Source of the DNA: an uncultured Pseudomonadota bacterium
Lineage (GTDB): Bacteria > Pseudomonadota > Alphaproteobacteria > Rs-D84
Length of the DNA stretch: 64,000 nt
Assembly (NCBI GenBank): GCA_902795435.1
Contig: CADBLE010000008.1
Location: 28,028 to 92,027, forward strand
Reading direction: 5' to 3'
Shown: in pieces, positions 38,781-49,550 of the stretch
Layout: every line of letters starts with the position of its first letter
How positions within the stretch are numbered: the stretch's first letter is position 1
Program-made: the position numbers and the translations under genes
Notes under the pieces: generated by a model
What the model saw: only the letters and a program-made list of their open reading frames with translations
Databases searched by the model: none
Told to the model about the DNA's origin: nothing

Positions 38781-41255
38781 TTACATCTTTACTTCTTTAC
38801 ATTCTTCTTCGCCATCTTTAACCTTGCAATCTCTATCGTTTCTGTTCCAACTGTATTTTCCGCCCTTCTTACATTCCTTGGTTGCGCGAGTTGTACAGAT
38901 TTTACATGTTCTGGTTGGTTTGTCAAAGTATGTAGATTTTGTTGTTCTAACGCCACTGACATCCATAGATTCATCCCAAGAAGCATCCCTGTCTGAACCA
39001 GTTGATTTCATAGAAGCCAAATCATTTACATCCAAACCAACACCAACATCATAGTATATTGCAAATGGTGCAGTCAAAGGTGATTGTTCTACAATACCCT
39101 TGTTACTTGATGACCCAGCACCAATATCTGCCATTTTCTTACACAGATATTCTGCTACTTCTGCACTAGAATCATTTGATGCTTTTTCTATGGCTTCTGT
39201 AACTTTCTTATTATAATTATCTTGTGCCTGACGCAAAGCAGACATACCAATCATTACACGATATTGATTCAACAATTTCGGGAAACGGGCTTCTGTTTGA
39301 TTTTTGCCATTCTTGTTATCTTTACCGTTGATTTGGCTCAAATCACGACCGTTGATACAATATTGGATTTGTTGGTCAGATTCAATCAAAGAAATTGTTC
39401 TGTTAATTGTTCCAGCAATGTTTTTCAATTCTTCTTCAATAGAAGAAATTATAGCGTCTGCATTAGGAACATTTTTATTATTTTTCTTGATTTCTTTGAT
39501 GTAATCTTGAACACCGATTTCACCAGGTTCAAGAACTCTTCCACCGTCTGTTACAGTACCACCAGCGTCACCCATTTTGATAGAACCAAATGAAATCATA
39601 CCAGTTACACGATATACGGTTCCATCTTTCTGGGATTTAACAGAACTTGTTCCGATATAGTTATCACTAGCAAAAGAATTACAATCTGTTGTTGAACCAC
39701 ACAATTCAAGCATTTTTTCTTCTGCTAAATTTTGACAGTTATCCAATGCCTTGTTATCTATGTTCAAATACAGACCCATCAACATAGAATCTAAATCAGA
39801 CATCTTGAAATCTGGGTTTGTTTGTTTACATACAACCAATTTATCAATTGGGCAAATATCATGTATGTAATCAAAATCCATACCTATACAATTCTTGAAA
39901 TCTTCACCACAACGGTCTTCGGCTGTAAAGCAATCTTTAACTTCTTTTGTACATGCATCAACACGCATAGAAGCCAATTTGCTTACAACGTAATCCCAAA
40001 TTTGTGGTTCCATTCTTTCGCATGGATCAATTTGGATTTTACAGAAAGAACGAGCCATATCTGGACGTGCAAGACATGCGTCCATTGTTGCTACACCCTT
40101 GCCTTCAATATCATCTTTACATGCTTTCTGGATACATGCAGAAATATCACCCAAACAAGATTGTCTTTTCTGAGATTCAATATTTTGTTCAGCCAATCTG
40201 ATTGTTGGTGCTGCTTCCCTTAAGAAATCGTCCCAAATTAAATCACGAACAGCAACGCAACTATCTAAAACTTTTTCACAAATAAAACGTTTTGATTCCA
40301 AAATACTCATTGTAGATGCTGTAATATCGTATGTATTCACAGTATCAATGCTTGTTCCTGCAACTGATTCTGCTTTATTATTTTGCATGTTTTCAGATGC
40401 AATTGTAAATACACATTGTCCCCAATCTGCACCACACGCGTCTTCGCTTTTCATACATTTTTTATATTCAACCATACATGTTCCACGATCATATTTGTTG
40501 GATTCTTCCAAACTTTCTTTCAAAGCATTACGAACCGCAGAATTTGCAGATGCTAACGCTGTTTTTGCTTCTGCTGTTTTTTGTTCAATACTGTTTGCCA
40601 AACCTTTACAATCTGAAACAATTTGACGAGAATACATCTGGGTCAACATTGTTAAATCTTTGGAACATTTGTCATCCATTTCAGATTTACACAATTGATG
40701 TGCCGCTGCATATAATTGGTTACCCGTCTTTGATGAAATATCTAAATCAAATTCTTCACCTTCTGATTCTTCATCTTCTTCATCAGCGTCATAAAAATTA
40801 GACCATTGTGTAGACGCTATTTTTGTTTTATCTTTTGTAGCAGTTGTTTGAACAACATTGTTGTTTTCATCATATTTTCTTGTTCCATTAAAGATAATAT
40901 CAGCATTTGCACCGGCCTGAACTTTTTCAACTTCTTCTGTGTTGATACGATCCGCTTCTGCTAACATTTTTTTGATATTTTCAAGATCGGCTTCATATTT
41001 TTTAATATCATCATTACAATTACAAGTTCCCCCAATTTCATTATCTACAATACAAAATTGGTCCATACATCCATAATATTGATCATAGCAATCTTGGTCA
41101 TATAAACCTTTGGAATCTACTTTCGCACGAACTTTTGTTCCAATAGAGATAGCCGCCTGTTTTTTTCCTGCCTTTGTCGCAGCAAAAGAATCTGCGGTTC
41201 CTAATAAAGCCCCAACAAATCCGAACACCAAACCAATATTTAACAACTTTTTCAT
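38781..41255 (-). CDS. Large secreted cysteine-dense protein, family member P1 (824 aa)
   Basis: Signal peptide MKKLLNIGLVFGFVGALLGTADSFA. Motif DCYDQYYGCMDQFCIVDNEIGGTCNC. Colinear Cys blocks shared with P2, P3 and P5. RBS GGGAGAG lies 17 nt after the P2 stop. Confidence 0.8.
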   Translation of the reverse strand: MKKLLNIGLVFGFVGALLGTADSFAATKAGKKQAAISIGTKVRAKVDSKGLYDQDCYDQYYGCMDQFCIVDNEIGGTCNCNDDIKKYEADLENIKKMLAEADRINTEEVEKVQAGANADIIFNGTRKYDENNNVVQTTATKDKTKIASTQWSNFYDADEEDEESEGEEFDLDISSKTGNQLYAAAHQLCKSEMDDKCSKDLTMLTQMYSRQIVSDCKGLANSIEQKTAEAKTALASANSAVRNALKESLEESNKYDRGTCMVEYKKCMKSEDACGADWGQCVFTIASENMQNNKAESVAGTSIDTVNTYDITASTMSILESKRFICEKVLDSCVAVRDLIWDDFLREAAPTIRLAEQNIESQKRQSCLGDISACIQKACKDDIEGKGVATMDACLARPDMARSFCKIQIDPCERMEPQIWDYVVSKLASMRVDACTKEVKDCFTAEDRCGEDFKNCIGMDFDYIHDICPIDKLVVCKQTNPDFKMSDLDSMLMGLYLNIDNKALDNCQNLAEEKMLELCGSTTDCNSFASDNYIGTSSVKSQKDGTVYRVTGMISFGSIKMGDAGGTVTDGGRVLEPGEIGVQDYIKEIKKNNKNVPNADAIISSIEEELKNIAGTINRTISLIESDQQIQYCINGRDLSQINGKDNKNGKNQTEARFPKLLNQYRVMIGMSALRQAQDNYNKKVTEAIEKASNDSSAEVAEYLCKKMADIGAGSSSNKGIVEQSPLTAPFAIYYDVGVGLDVNDLASMKSTGSDRDASWDESMDVSGVRTTKSTYFDKPTRTCKICTTRATKECKKGGKYSWNRNDRDCKVKDGEEECKEVKM

Positions 41256-41272
41256 TGTTTTCTCTCCCAATT

Positions 41273-43486
41273 TTACATGTTTATATCTTCGCAAGATTCA
41301 AGTTCTTGACAGAATTGTTTTTTACCACCAGATGCAGCACCCAATGCACCGGCACCAACCGCACCAACCAATCCACCAATGGCGGTTCCCCAACCTGCAC
41401 TGACCATTGTTCCAGCTGACGCACCAGCAGACAAACCACCCGCAGCTGCCTTTAATGCAGATGTAGCCTTGGATTCGCCACCTTCTTCGCAAACCTGTTG
41501 CATGCGACAAACATGACAATTACGCAAATTTGGTTCAAATGATACAGTATGGATATAACTGTAATTTGAAGATTTCTTTTCTTCATCTGGCTTTTCTGGT
41601 TTATATGTCTTCAAGCAAATTTCTTTTGCTTCTTCCAAATCTTTTTTACGTGCCAATTCTGCAATTTTGGAATCTAATTCACGCAAATTACGATTTTCAG
41701 CAGACATTTTCGCCAACAACTTAGCAGTCATAAACACACTGGTTCCCAAAGAATTTTTACCTTTTACCTTCTTGGTATCATCAGCAACACTTTGAGAATC
41801 CGCACATGCAGAAACAGTTTTATCTCTTTCAAATTGTGTAAAGAATTCTTCTACAGCAGCATCAGAATTTGCAACAACCGTCTTACGCAAAGCCATCAAA
41901 CCTTCTTCTGTATCTGGCAAATCTGTCAAAGATTCAACCGTTGCATCTATTGGCAAACAGGCCATATCTGTTCCACACACTTTTGACAATTGGTCACTGA
42001 AATAATTCACACAACCCTGCAACATCTGATAATCCATTTGCAAGATTGCAGATTGAACAATTATATCATATTGTGTTGCACCATTACATGATGGGAACAT
42101 ATCTTGTGGGCAGAGTGCAGCAATTTCGTACGGTTTTTTACCAACACATTCTGGTTTACTGAAATCTTGACCACATTTATCTTGCAAACATTTATCAATA
42201 TCGTTTTCACAGAACTTTGTTCTCAAAAAACCAAGTTTATCATTTATAACCGCTTGGAAACCTGGGATAATGGAATCACATTCTGTAATAATTGGACAGA
42301 TACCCGCCGCAACATTTACATTTGTTAAACATTCAGCATTTGTTGATGTTGCGCAACTATCTTCCAAACAATATTGTGCCTGGGCCAAACAAGTACCACG
42401 TCTGTGTTTATCAGCGTATTTTTCTGCATCAACCAAGATGCTTTTCATTTCCGCTTCCCAATCTTTTTTAACATAATCACGAACAGCCATACATTGATCC
42501 AAAACATTATCACAAGCATTAGAACGACGTTGTAATAATTTTTTATCAAGACAGTTTTCGAAATTAGTTCCACAACCACCCTTATCCGCAACGCACGCAC
42601 GATAAGCCAACAAACATTCACCACGGTTATATTTGTTTGTTATATCCAACATTTCAAGACGCGCTTTTCTAACCGCAGATTCAGCAATACGTTTATTTGA
42701 TTCAGCATTTGCTTTTTGATCTTTCAAATAAGCATCATAATTCTTACAATCTTGGGCAATCATACGTGTGTATAACATTGATTCCATTTCAGATTTAGAA
42801 CCACATGATTTCAATTCAGCAGAACAATATTTTACAGCCATTTTGTATAAATCATCACCCATTGTGACATCTTCACCAACCTCACCTTCATCGTCTTCGT
42901 CTTCTTCAGACCCCAACCATGCCAAGAAACTGGTTCCAGAAACACCCTTATTACCAGATTTTTCACTAAACACCAATGACGCTTTGGCACCTAATTGTTC
43001 ACGTTCTACACCTTCTGTGAATAATTTATCTGCCTCTGCTTGAATATCAAGAACGGCTTTAATTTTGCTTTTTGCAAGATTTATATTATCTGAACAAGCA
43101 CATCTTTCCCCCTGACTTTCGTCTAACAAACAGAATTGGTCCATACAATCACGATACGCATCACGACAATCGCCATTGCTACTCGCTGTCTTTGCCGGAA
43201 TCGATTCGGAAACTGGTTCTGAAACCACACTTGCATTTGCAGATTCTACATCAGTTTTTTCAACAACTGGTTCTTCTTCAACAAAATCTTCTTCCTCAGG
43301 AACTTCTTCTTTTTCAACGGTTCCAGCGACCAATGCTGCTTTAACATCAGCAGTTGTTATCGTCATACGATTTCCTGCTTGAGAATTTCTGTTCATGCCA
43401 ACACGTGCACTTGAATCAACACGTCCCGCACCAAACACAAGCGTTGGAAACACTAATAAAACCGGTAAAATATTTATTATTTTCAT
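41273..43486 (-). CDS. Large secreted cysteine-dense protein, family member P2 (737 aa), Gly-zipper C-terminal segment
   Basis: Signal peptide MKIINILPVLLVFPTLVFG. Motif DCRDAYRDCMDQFCLLDESQGERCAC. C-terminus AAGGLSAGASAGTMVSAGWGTAIGGLVGAVGAGALGAASGG. Confidence 0.8.
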   Translation of the reverse strand: MKIINILPVLLVFPTLVFGAGRVDSSARVGMNRNSQAGNRMTITTADVKAALVAGTVEKEEVPEEEDFVEEEPVVEKTDVESANASVVSEPVSESIPAKTASSNGDCRDAYRDCMDQFCLLDESQGERCACSDNINLAKSKIKAVLDIQAEADKLFTEGVEREQLGAKASLVFSEKSGNKGVSGTSFLAWLGSEEDEDDEGEVGEDVTMGDDLYKMAVKYCSAELKSCGSKSEMESMLYTRMIAQDCKNYDAYLKDQKANAESNKRIAESAVRKARLEMLDITNKYNRGECLLAYRACVADKGGCGTNFENCLDKKLLQRRSNACDNVLDQCMAVRDYVKKDWEAEMKSILVDAEKYADKHRRGTCLAQAQYCLEDSCATSTNAECLTNVNVAAGICPIITECDSIIPGFQAVINDKLGFLRTKFCENDIDKCLQDKCGQDFSKPECVGKKPYEIAALCPQDMFPSCNGATQYDIIVQSAILQMDYQMLQGCVNYFSDQLSKVCGTDMACLPIDATVESLTDLPDTEEGLMALRKTVVANSDAAVEEFFTQFERDKTVSACADSQSVADDTKKVKGKNSLGTSVFMTAKLLAKMSAENRNLRELDSKIAELARKKDLEEAKEICLKTYKPEKPDEEKKSSNYSYIHTVSFEPNLRNCHVCRMQQVCEEGGESKATSALKAAAGGLSAGASAGTMVSAGWGTAIGGLVGAVGAGALGAASGGKKQFCQELESCEDINM

Positions 43487-43617
43487 GTGACACATTCCTA
43501 CATTTTGTATTTATTTTATCAAAAAATATCAACTCTTGCAAGCACATAAAAATTTCTTGCTTTTTATTTTTATGATGAATAATATTATTCAAGTACAAAC
43601 AACTAAGGATTTTATAC

Positions 43618-43869
43618 ATGGCAAAAGATGATGTAATTGTTTTTTCTGGAACTGTTGAAGAAAGATTACCAAACACAATGTTTCGTGTAAAACTTGAAAA
43701 CGGACATGTAATTTTAGCGACAGTTTGTGGAAAAATGCGTAAAAACCGCATTTGGGTAAACGTTGGTGAAAATGTTCATGTTGAAATGACACCTTATGAT
43801 TTAGACAAAGGTCGTATCACTTTTGTTGAAAGAAGTCATTCAACAGAAACAACCCAAAACCACCAATAA
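43618..43869 (+). CDS. infA: Translation initiation factor IF-1
   Basis: S1-like fold: ...[52 protein letters not shown]. Confidence 0.9.
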   Translation: MAKDDVIVFSGTVEERLPNTMFRVKLENGHVILATVCGKMRKNRIWVNVGENVHVEMTPYDLDKGRITFVERSHSTETTQNHQ

Positions 43870-43873
43870 TAAA

Positions 43874-43897
43874 AATCCACGAAATGTGGATTTTTTT
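43874..43897 (+). terminator. Terminator after infA
   Basis: Stem AATCCAC / GTGGATT followed by a T-run. Confidence 0.75.
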
Positions 43898-43969
43898 ATT
43901 TTTATTTTTTTGTAAAATACCCTTGCTTAAAACCACCTATTTTTGATATTATTATTAAAAGGTAAAGGA

Positions 43970-46336
43970 ATGAGGAAAATCTCTTTGATTTTATCAGCAC
44001 TGTTTTTGTGCATTGGTTTTAATACCAATGCTGCTGTTCGCACACCTCAATCCCCTGCCCGTCAATCAGAAACTAATGCACGTCAAACAGCAACCGCAAA
44101 AAAATCAGTTGTAAAAAATACAGAAACAAAATCTTCAAGAACAGCAACTTCTAAATCTGTAAAAAAAACTGTTTCTAATGTAAATCGTTCCGCAACAAAC
44201 AAAAAAACTGTTATGTCTAGAAATACGGCAAACGCATCTGTCCACAAAATTTCAACTGCACGTTCTGCGACAAAACAACAAAAAAGCAAAAACGCACGTG
44301 CAGCTGCCACAACAAAAACAGTTGCTTTCAGCGAACCATACATTGCATGTCGCGATGCTTATTTTTCATGCATGGACCAATTTTGCGCAACACAAAACGA
44401 AACATACAGAAGATGTGTATGTTCTTCTAAACTGACAAAAATTCAAGACACTGAAAAGAAAATAGACCAGACAGTAGATAGTTTGAAAGATTTCCAAGAC
44501 ATAAACATAGACGCAATTTCTAAAACATCTGCAGAAGTAAAAGCAATGGGTAATGCATCTGAAGGCGAAAGCGCTATGAAAAAAGATAAATCCAGCAGTG
44601 CAACTGCATTGAAAAATATTTCTGGGGTTCTGAATGACACAAAACAAAAATCATTACAAGAACCTGTTTCAACAAACAACAAAGCAATTTGGGGAACGAC
44701 AGATTTAATTGGCGGTTCTGATATTGCTGATTTAACTGGCGAACCATTGTATAATGCGGTTCATGCACAATGTGCAGAAATTGTTCAAGCAAGTTGTTCT
44801 GATTCTGATTTAAAAATGGTTTCGTCCGCATACGGTGTTTATATTGAAAACGATTGTGCATTATTAGAATCAGCATTAAACAATAAAAAGAATGCTACAA
44901 ATTCTTCAATCCGTTCTACAAGGCATCAAATGCAAGAAGCCCGTCTTGAAAATTATAATGCACACAATTCTTTATCATTAAACGATTGCATTGCAAAAGT
45001 CCGCGAAGATTTGACACAAGAAACCGCTTGCGGTAAAGATTATATTCACTGTCTGGATGTAACAGGTAAATATTTGAATATAACAACCGGCGAACCAATT
45101 TATTCCAAAGAATTTTATCAACTTGAAAATCAAATCTCGTTATCTGGTGATGTATTAAAAAATTCTACAAACAGTCTTGTTTTATCTGTATTGAACGATA
45201 AAAAAGCATTCGCACAAAAATCTCTTGATTTGTGCACAGACAATTCTACAGATGTATGGGAAGAATTTTTAAGACAGGCCATTGTTGAAATTTCCCAGGG
45301 ACAATTAAAGAGAATACAAAATGTTAAATCAGAATGTTTAAAGGTTGTAAATGATTGTTATCTTAAACAAACAGAACAAATAAAAGGTTTCTCTGATAAT
45401 TCATCTGAAATTTCGTTGGGAACAACCCTTGAATTATCCGAAGAAATGTGCAAAGAAAAATTGACCACATGCAGTAATTTATATGGTCATGGTTCAGATG
45501 GTCTTGAAATTTTAGTAAATACAATGAAAGGAATCACAGATTCAACCATTGCGCAAACATGCCCTGATTTATTAGATACCTTTATTACAAAAACATGTGC
45601 CGTATCATCAAATGATTCTAAACATTCTTTCCCATACGGATGTCGTGCATATGCACCGGGTGAACAACGTTATGCTGTGAATTCAATATGTAATTTATCA
45701 ACTATCAATCCTTTTGAACGTTCATCAACATCAACAATTGATGCATCATCATCAACAACAACCACAATAAATACTATGTACAATGTAGCAACACTTGTAA
45801 AATCGTTATCGTTAGTATTGAAATACACATATTGTAATTTCAATTATTATTTATTCTATTCTGATGGTGAAACAGAATGTAACGCTACCAACGAATGGTG
45901 TTATAATCAAACTAAAGCGACACAATGTAAAACATGTCCTACGGGATACCTGTGTATGGGGGGGCAAAACCCACCAACCCAAGGCGACCAAACAATAATA
46001 TATAAAAATTGTGGTGAAACATATATCGGTTCTCTTTATCATAAATTGGTCAGATACGCTTTACAAAACTGCGTTCGTCCATCCAGCAATTCTGGTGAAT
46101 TACCTGAAACACTGTTGGGGGATGTTGATAATGCGATGAAGAAAGTTAAACAAAAACTTGTTGCAGAATTATCAACAGAATGTTCTGACATGGGTGGTGT
46201 TTGGGTTGAAATTCCATGGAAAGATACCAATTCAGACGGAAAACATGACGACAACAAAGCGACATTATACGTAAAATTCTATACAACAACTGGTGCAAGT
46301 AATTTATGGGGATTCTGTGCAACACCGACAGAATAA
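43970..46336 (+). CDS. Large secreted cysteine-dense protein, family member P3 (788 aa)
   Basis: Signal peptide MRKISLILSALFLCIGFNTNA; basic Ser/Thr/Lys-rich N-region; motif ACRDAYFSCMDQFCATQNETYRRCVC; late CKTCPTGYLCMGG module. Confidence 0.8.
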   Translation: MRKISLILSALFLCIGFNTNAAVRTPQSPARQSETNARQTATAKKSVVKNTETKSSRTATSKSVKKTVSNVNRSATNKKTVMSRNTANASVHKISTARSATKQQKSKNARAAATTKTVAFSEPYIACRDAYFSCMDQFCATQNETYRRCVCSSKLTKIQDTEKKIDQTVDSLKDFQDINIDAISKTSAEVKAMGNASEGESAMKKDKSSSATALKNISGVLNDTKQKSLQEPVSTNNKAIWGTTDLIGGSDIADLTGEPLYNAVHAQCAEIVQASCSDSDLKMVSSAYGVYIENDCALLESALNNKKNATNSSIRSTRHQMQEARLENYNAHNSLSLNDCIAKVREDLTQETACGKDYIHCLDVTGKYLNITTGEPIYSKEFYQLENQISLSGDVLKNSTNSLVLSVLNDKKAFAQKSLDLCTDNSTDVWEEFLRQAIVEISQGQLKRIQNVKSECLKVVNDCYLKQTEQIKGFSDNSSEISLGTTLELSEEMCKEKLTTCSNLYGHGSDGLEILVNTMKGITDSTIAQTCPDLLDTFITKTCAVSSNDSKHSFPYGCRAYAPGEQRYAVNSICNLSTINPFERSSTSTIDASSSTTTTINTMYNVATLVKSLSLVLKYTYCNFNYYLFYSDGETECNATNEWCYNQTKATQCKTCPTGYLCMGGQNPPTQGDQTIIYKNCGETYIGSLYHKLVRYALQNCVRPSSNSGELPETLLGDVDNAMKKVKQKLVAELSTECSDMGGVWVEIPWKDTNSDGKHDDNKATLYVKFYTTTGASNLWGFCATPTE

Positions 46337-46352
46337 TAAATAAAATAAAAAA

Positions 46353-46376
46353 ACCGATAATTATATCGGTTTTTTT
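46353..46376. terminator. Bidirectional terminator between P3 and clpX
   Basis: Stem ACCGATA (46353-59) / TATCGGT (46364-70), with an A-run upstream and a T-run downstream. Confidence 0.75.
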
Positions 46377-46396
46377 ATTTTAAGATTCACAACTTT

Positions 46397-47659
46397 TTAT
46401 GCTGCTTTTTTATTTTCAGCATAAATTTCCATAGGTGCCTTTTTACCATTTACAACATCAGCATCTACGACTATTTCTTGTAATCCTTTCTTGTCAGGAG
46501 CATCAAACATAGATTGCAATAATATTTTTTCTAAAATAGAACGCAAACCACGTGCACCTGTTTTTCTGTCTATTGCCATTTTTGCAATTGCATTCAACCC
46601 ATCTTTTGTGACATTTAATTTTATTCCGTCCATTTCAAGCATTGCTGCATATTGTTTTACAATCGCATTTTTAGGTTCTGTTAAAATTTTTACCAATGCT
46701 TTTTCATCCAATGGTTTCAATGTTGTAACAATTGGCAAACGACCAATCAATTCTGGGATAATACCAAATTTAACCAAATCGCTTGATTGAACATCATCTA
46801 ATCTGTCTTGTTCTTCGCGTTCTTTTTTATCGGATACAGTTGCACCAAAACCTATACCTGCACGGGCAGCAGTTCTTGATGCGATAATTTTATTTAATCC
46901 ATCAAACGCACCGCCACAGATAAACAGAATCTTGCTGGTATCTAATTGAACAGTTGTTTCCCCAGGGTGTTTTCTGCCACCACCACCAGCAGGAACATTT
47001 GCAACAGTTCCTTCTATCAATTTCAATAGTGCCTGTTGTACACCTTCGCCAGAAACATCCCTGGTCAAAGATGGGTTTTCAGATTTTCTTGAAATTTTAT
47101 CTATTTCATCAATATAAATAATTCCACGTTGTGCGCGTTCTACATCAAAATTCGCATTTTGTAATAAACGTGTTAAAACAGATTCAACGTCATCACCAAC
47201 ATAGCCCGCTTCTGTCAAAGTGGTCGCATCTGCAATTGCAAATGGAACATCTAAAATACGAGCCAATGTTTGTGCAAACAATGTTTTACCAGTACCCGTA
47301 GAACCAATCATCAAAATATTTGATTTCTGGATTTCTACATTTGATGCAACGGATGCAGAATTTCTTTTGTAATGATTATATACTGCCACAGACAAAGTTC
47401 TTTTTGCATCATCTTGACCGATAACATAATCATTCAAGAATTTATAAATTTGTGATGGTGTTGGCAGAGTTGCCGCATCTGTCTTGATACGAGTTTTCTT
47501 GTCATCAGCCATAATATCATTACATAAATTGATACATTCATCACAAATGCAAACATTACGGCCACGTACAAGTTTTTTTACTTCATACATAGATTTACCA
47601 CAAAAACTGCAAAATTGTTGTGGTGTCTCTGGTGTCTGCTGTTTTTTATCATCACTCAT
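46397..47659 (-). CDS. clpX: ATP-dependent Clp protease ATP-binding subunit ClpX
   Basis: Zinc finger CSFCGK...CICDEC; Walker [12 protein letters not shown]; Walker [10 protein letters not shown]. Confidence 0.96.
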   Translation of the reverse strand: MSDDKKQQTPETPQQFCSFCGKSMYEVKKLVRGRNVCICDECINLCNDIMADDKKTRIKTDAATLPTPSQIYKFLNDYVIGQDDAKRTLSVAVYNHYKRNSASVASNVEIQKSNILMIGSTGTGKTLFAQTLARILDVPFAIADATTLTEAGYVGDDVESVLTRLLQNANFDVERAQRGIIYIDEIDKISRKSENPSLTRDVSGEGVQQALLKLIEGTVANVPAGGGGRKHPGETTVQLDTSKILFICGGAFDGLNKIIASRTAARAGIGFGATVSDKKEREEQDRLDDVQSSDLVKFGIIPELIGRLPIVTTLKPLDEKALVKILTEPKNAIVKQYAAMLEMDGIKLNVTKDGLNAIAKMAIDRKTGARGLRSILEKILLQSMFDAPDKKGLQEIVVDADVVNGKKAPMEIYAENKKAA

Positions 47660-47685
47660 TTTATAAACCTTGATTTATATGTGAA

Positions 47686-48267
47686 TTATTTACGAACCAA
47701 AATGCTATCTACCAATCCGAATTTTTTGGCATCTTCTGCACTCATCCAATTATCACGTTCCATCGCATCAAAAACTTCTTTTTCTTTGCGACCTGTGAAT
47801 TCAGCCATTTGTTTAATCAAAACTTTCTTTACACGTTGTGTTTCATTCATGTAAATTTCCATATCTGTCACTTTACCCTGGGTTCCAGAAGATGGTTGGT
47901 GAATCATAATTTCAGTATTTGGCAAAACAAATCTTTTACCCTTTTCACCGGCAGCCAACAATACAGCACCCATAGATGCAACCAACCCCATACCAATTGT
48001 AGAAACATTTGGTTTGATATATTGCATTGTGTCCATAATTGCCCAACCTGCATTTACATCACCGCCAGGTGTGTTGATATATAAAGAAATATCTGCATTT
48101 GGGTTTTCAGATTCCAAGAATAATAATTGTGCAATAACAGTATTCGCCATTCCTGGTTCAATTGGACCAGAAATCATAACAATTCTATCACGCAATAAAC
48201 GTGAATAAATATCAAATGAACGTTCTCCACGTGGTGAAGATTCTATAACCATAGGGATTAAAGACAT
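47686..48267 (-). CDS. clpP: ATP-dependent Clp protease proteolytic subunit ClpP
   Basis: Catalytic region [11 protein letters not shown] and IMIHQPS; directly upstream of clpX. Confidence 0.95.
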   Translation of the reverse strand: MSLIPMVIESSPRGERSFDIYSRLLRDRIVMISGPIEPGMANTVIAQLLFLESENPNADISLYINTPGGDVNAGWAIMDTMQYIKPNVSTIGMGLVASMGAVLLAAGEKGKRFVLPNTEIMIHQPSSGTQGKVTDMEIYMNETQRVKKVLIKQMAEFTGRKEKEVFDAMERDNWMSAEDAKKFGLVDSILVRK

Positions 48268-48289
48268 ATAAAGACCTCTTTTTGCGTAA

Positions 48290-48319
48290 ATTATACCATA
48301 AAAATGACCGATTCGCCAA
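48290..48319 (-). promoter_or_regulatory. Candidate sigma-70 promoter for clpP-clpX (extended -10)
   Basis: On the minus strand: TTGGCG (48314-19), 18-nt spacer, TGgTATAAT (-10 at 48290-95). Confidence 0.45.
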
Positions 48320-48353
48320 TTTTATAACAGATAAATAGTTTTTTTTCCTGAAA

Positions 48354-49550
48354 TTACAAGTCCAACTTGATATTATTTTTTACCAGAGCGTCAATTCCAG
48401 GCAAAATATCCCCCTGGATAAATTCAAGGAACGCACCACCACCGGTTGAAACATAACTGATATCTTGCATAACATCACACGCGTTTAATACAGAAACACT
48501 GTCACCACCACCAACAACACTTTCCAGTTTTTGTTCGCGTGTATATTGTGCCAATGTTTTTGCAAAATCAAAAGATGCCCTGCCCCAGATTTCGCCCCAT
48601 TCTGTCACACCGAACGGACCGTTCCAGATAACCGTTTTTGCATCTTTTAATAATTCTGCATTTCGCAATATTGTTTTTTCACCATCGTCCATAATAACAT
48701 CATCATCTGTAATTTCGTCTATTGACTTGTTTGTTCTGATTGCATCATTTGAGAAAGTTTTTCCAACACCCTTGTCCAATGGGAAATATAATTCACAATT
48801 ATTTTCTTTGGCTAAATTTATAATATCCAGCGCATCTTGTTTCATATCTGGTTCATACAGGGAATTTCCAACATTATATCCACGTGCATAATTGAAAGTT
48901 GTTCCCATTGCACCACCTATGACCAATTTGTCTGCAATATGAATCAAACGTTTTAATAATGTCAATTTTGTAGAAACCTTGCCCCCGCCGACAAATACCA
49001 ATAATGGTCTGGTTGGGTGTTGCATAATGTTTGTTAAATTTTCAATTTCTGTGGTCAATAATAAACCTGCAAAAGAAGGCAAATATTTTGTAACCCCGGT
49101 TACACTGGCTGCATTTCTGTGTGATACTGCAAAACCATCATTTACATACAAATCAAAACCGTCTGACAATTTTTTTGCAAAATCATCTTCGTTTTTTTCT
49201 TCGCCATTATAGAATCGCAAATTTTCCAATAAAACAACATCACCATTTTTCATATCGTGCAAAAAATCTTTTTCCAAACAATCATGAACAAATGGAACAT
49301 TCATATAATCTGCAACAATTTGTAAAGATAAATCTTTTTTATATTCGCCCTTTGGTCGTCCCAAATGTGCACAAATAACAACACGCGCCCCGTTTTCTGT
49401 CAGATAATTTATTGTTTCCATAGATTTATCTATACGAAAAGAATCTGTAATTTTTCCATCAACAATTTGAACATTAAAATCATCACGCAATAAAATATAT
49501 TTACCAATTAAATCTTGTTTATTCACATCAGAAATTTTACGCATTGCCAT
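48354..49550 (-). CDS. pgk: Phosphoglycerate kinase
   Basis: N-terminal RDDFNV; C-terminal STGGGAFLEF; length fits. Confidence 0.92.
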   Translation of the reverse strand: MAMRKISDVNKQDLIGKYILLRDDFNVQIVDGKITDSFRIDKSMETINYLTENGARVVICAHLGRPKGEYKKDLSLQIVADYMNVPFVHDCLEKDFLHDMKNGDVVLLENLRFYNGEEKNEDDFAKKLSDGFDLYVNDGFAVSHRNAASVTGVTKYLPSFAGLLLTTEIENLTNIMQHPTRPLLVFVGGGKVSTKLTLLKRLIHIADKLVIGGAMGTTFNYARGYNVGNSLYEPDMKQDALDIINLAKENNCELYFPLDKGVGKTFSNDAIRTNKSIDEITDDDVIMDDGEKTILRNAELLKDAKTVIWNGPFGVTEWGEIWGRASFDFAKTLAQYTREQKLESVVGGGDSVSVLNACDVMQDISYVSTGGGAFLEFIQGDILPGIDALVKNNIKLDL

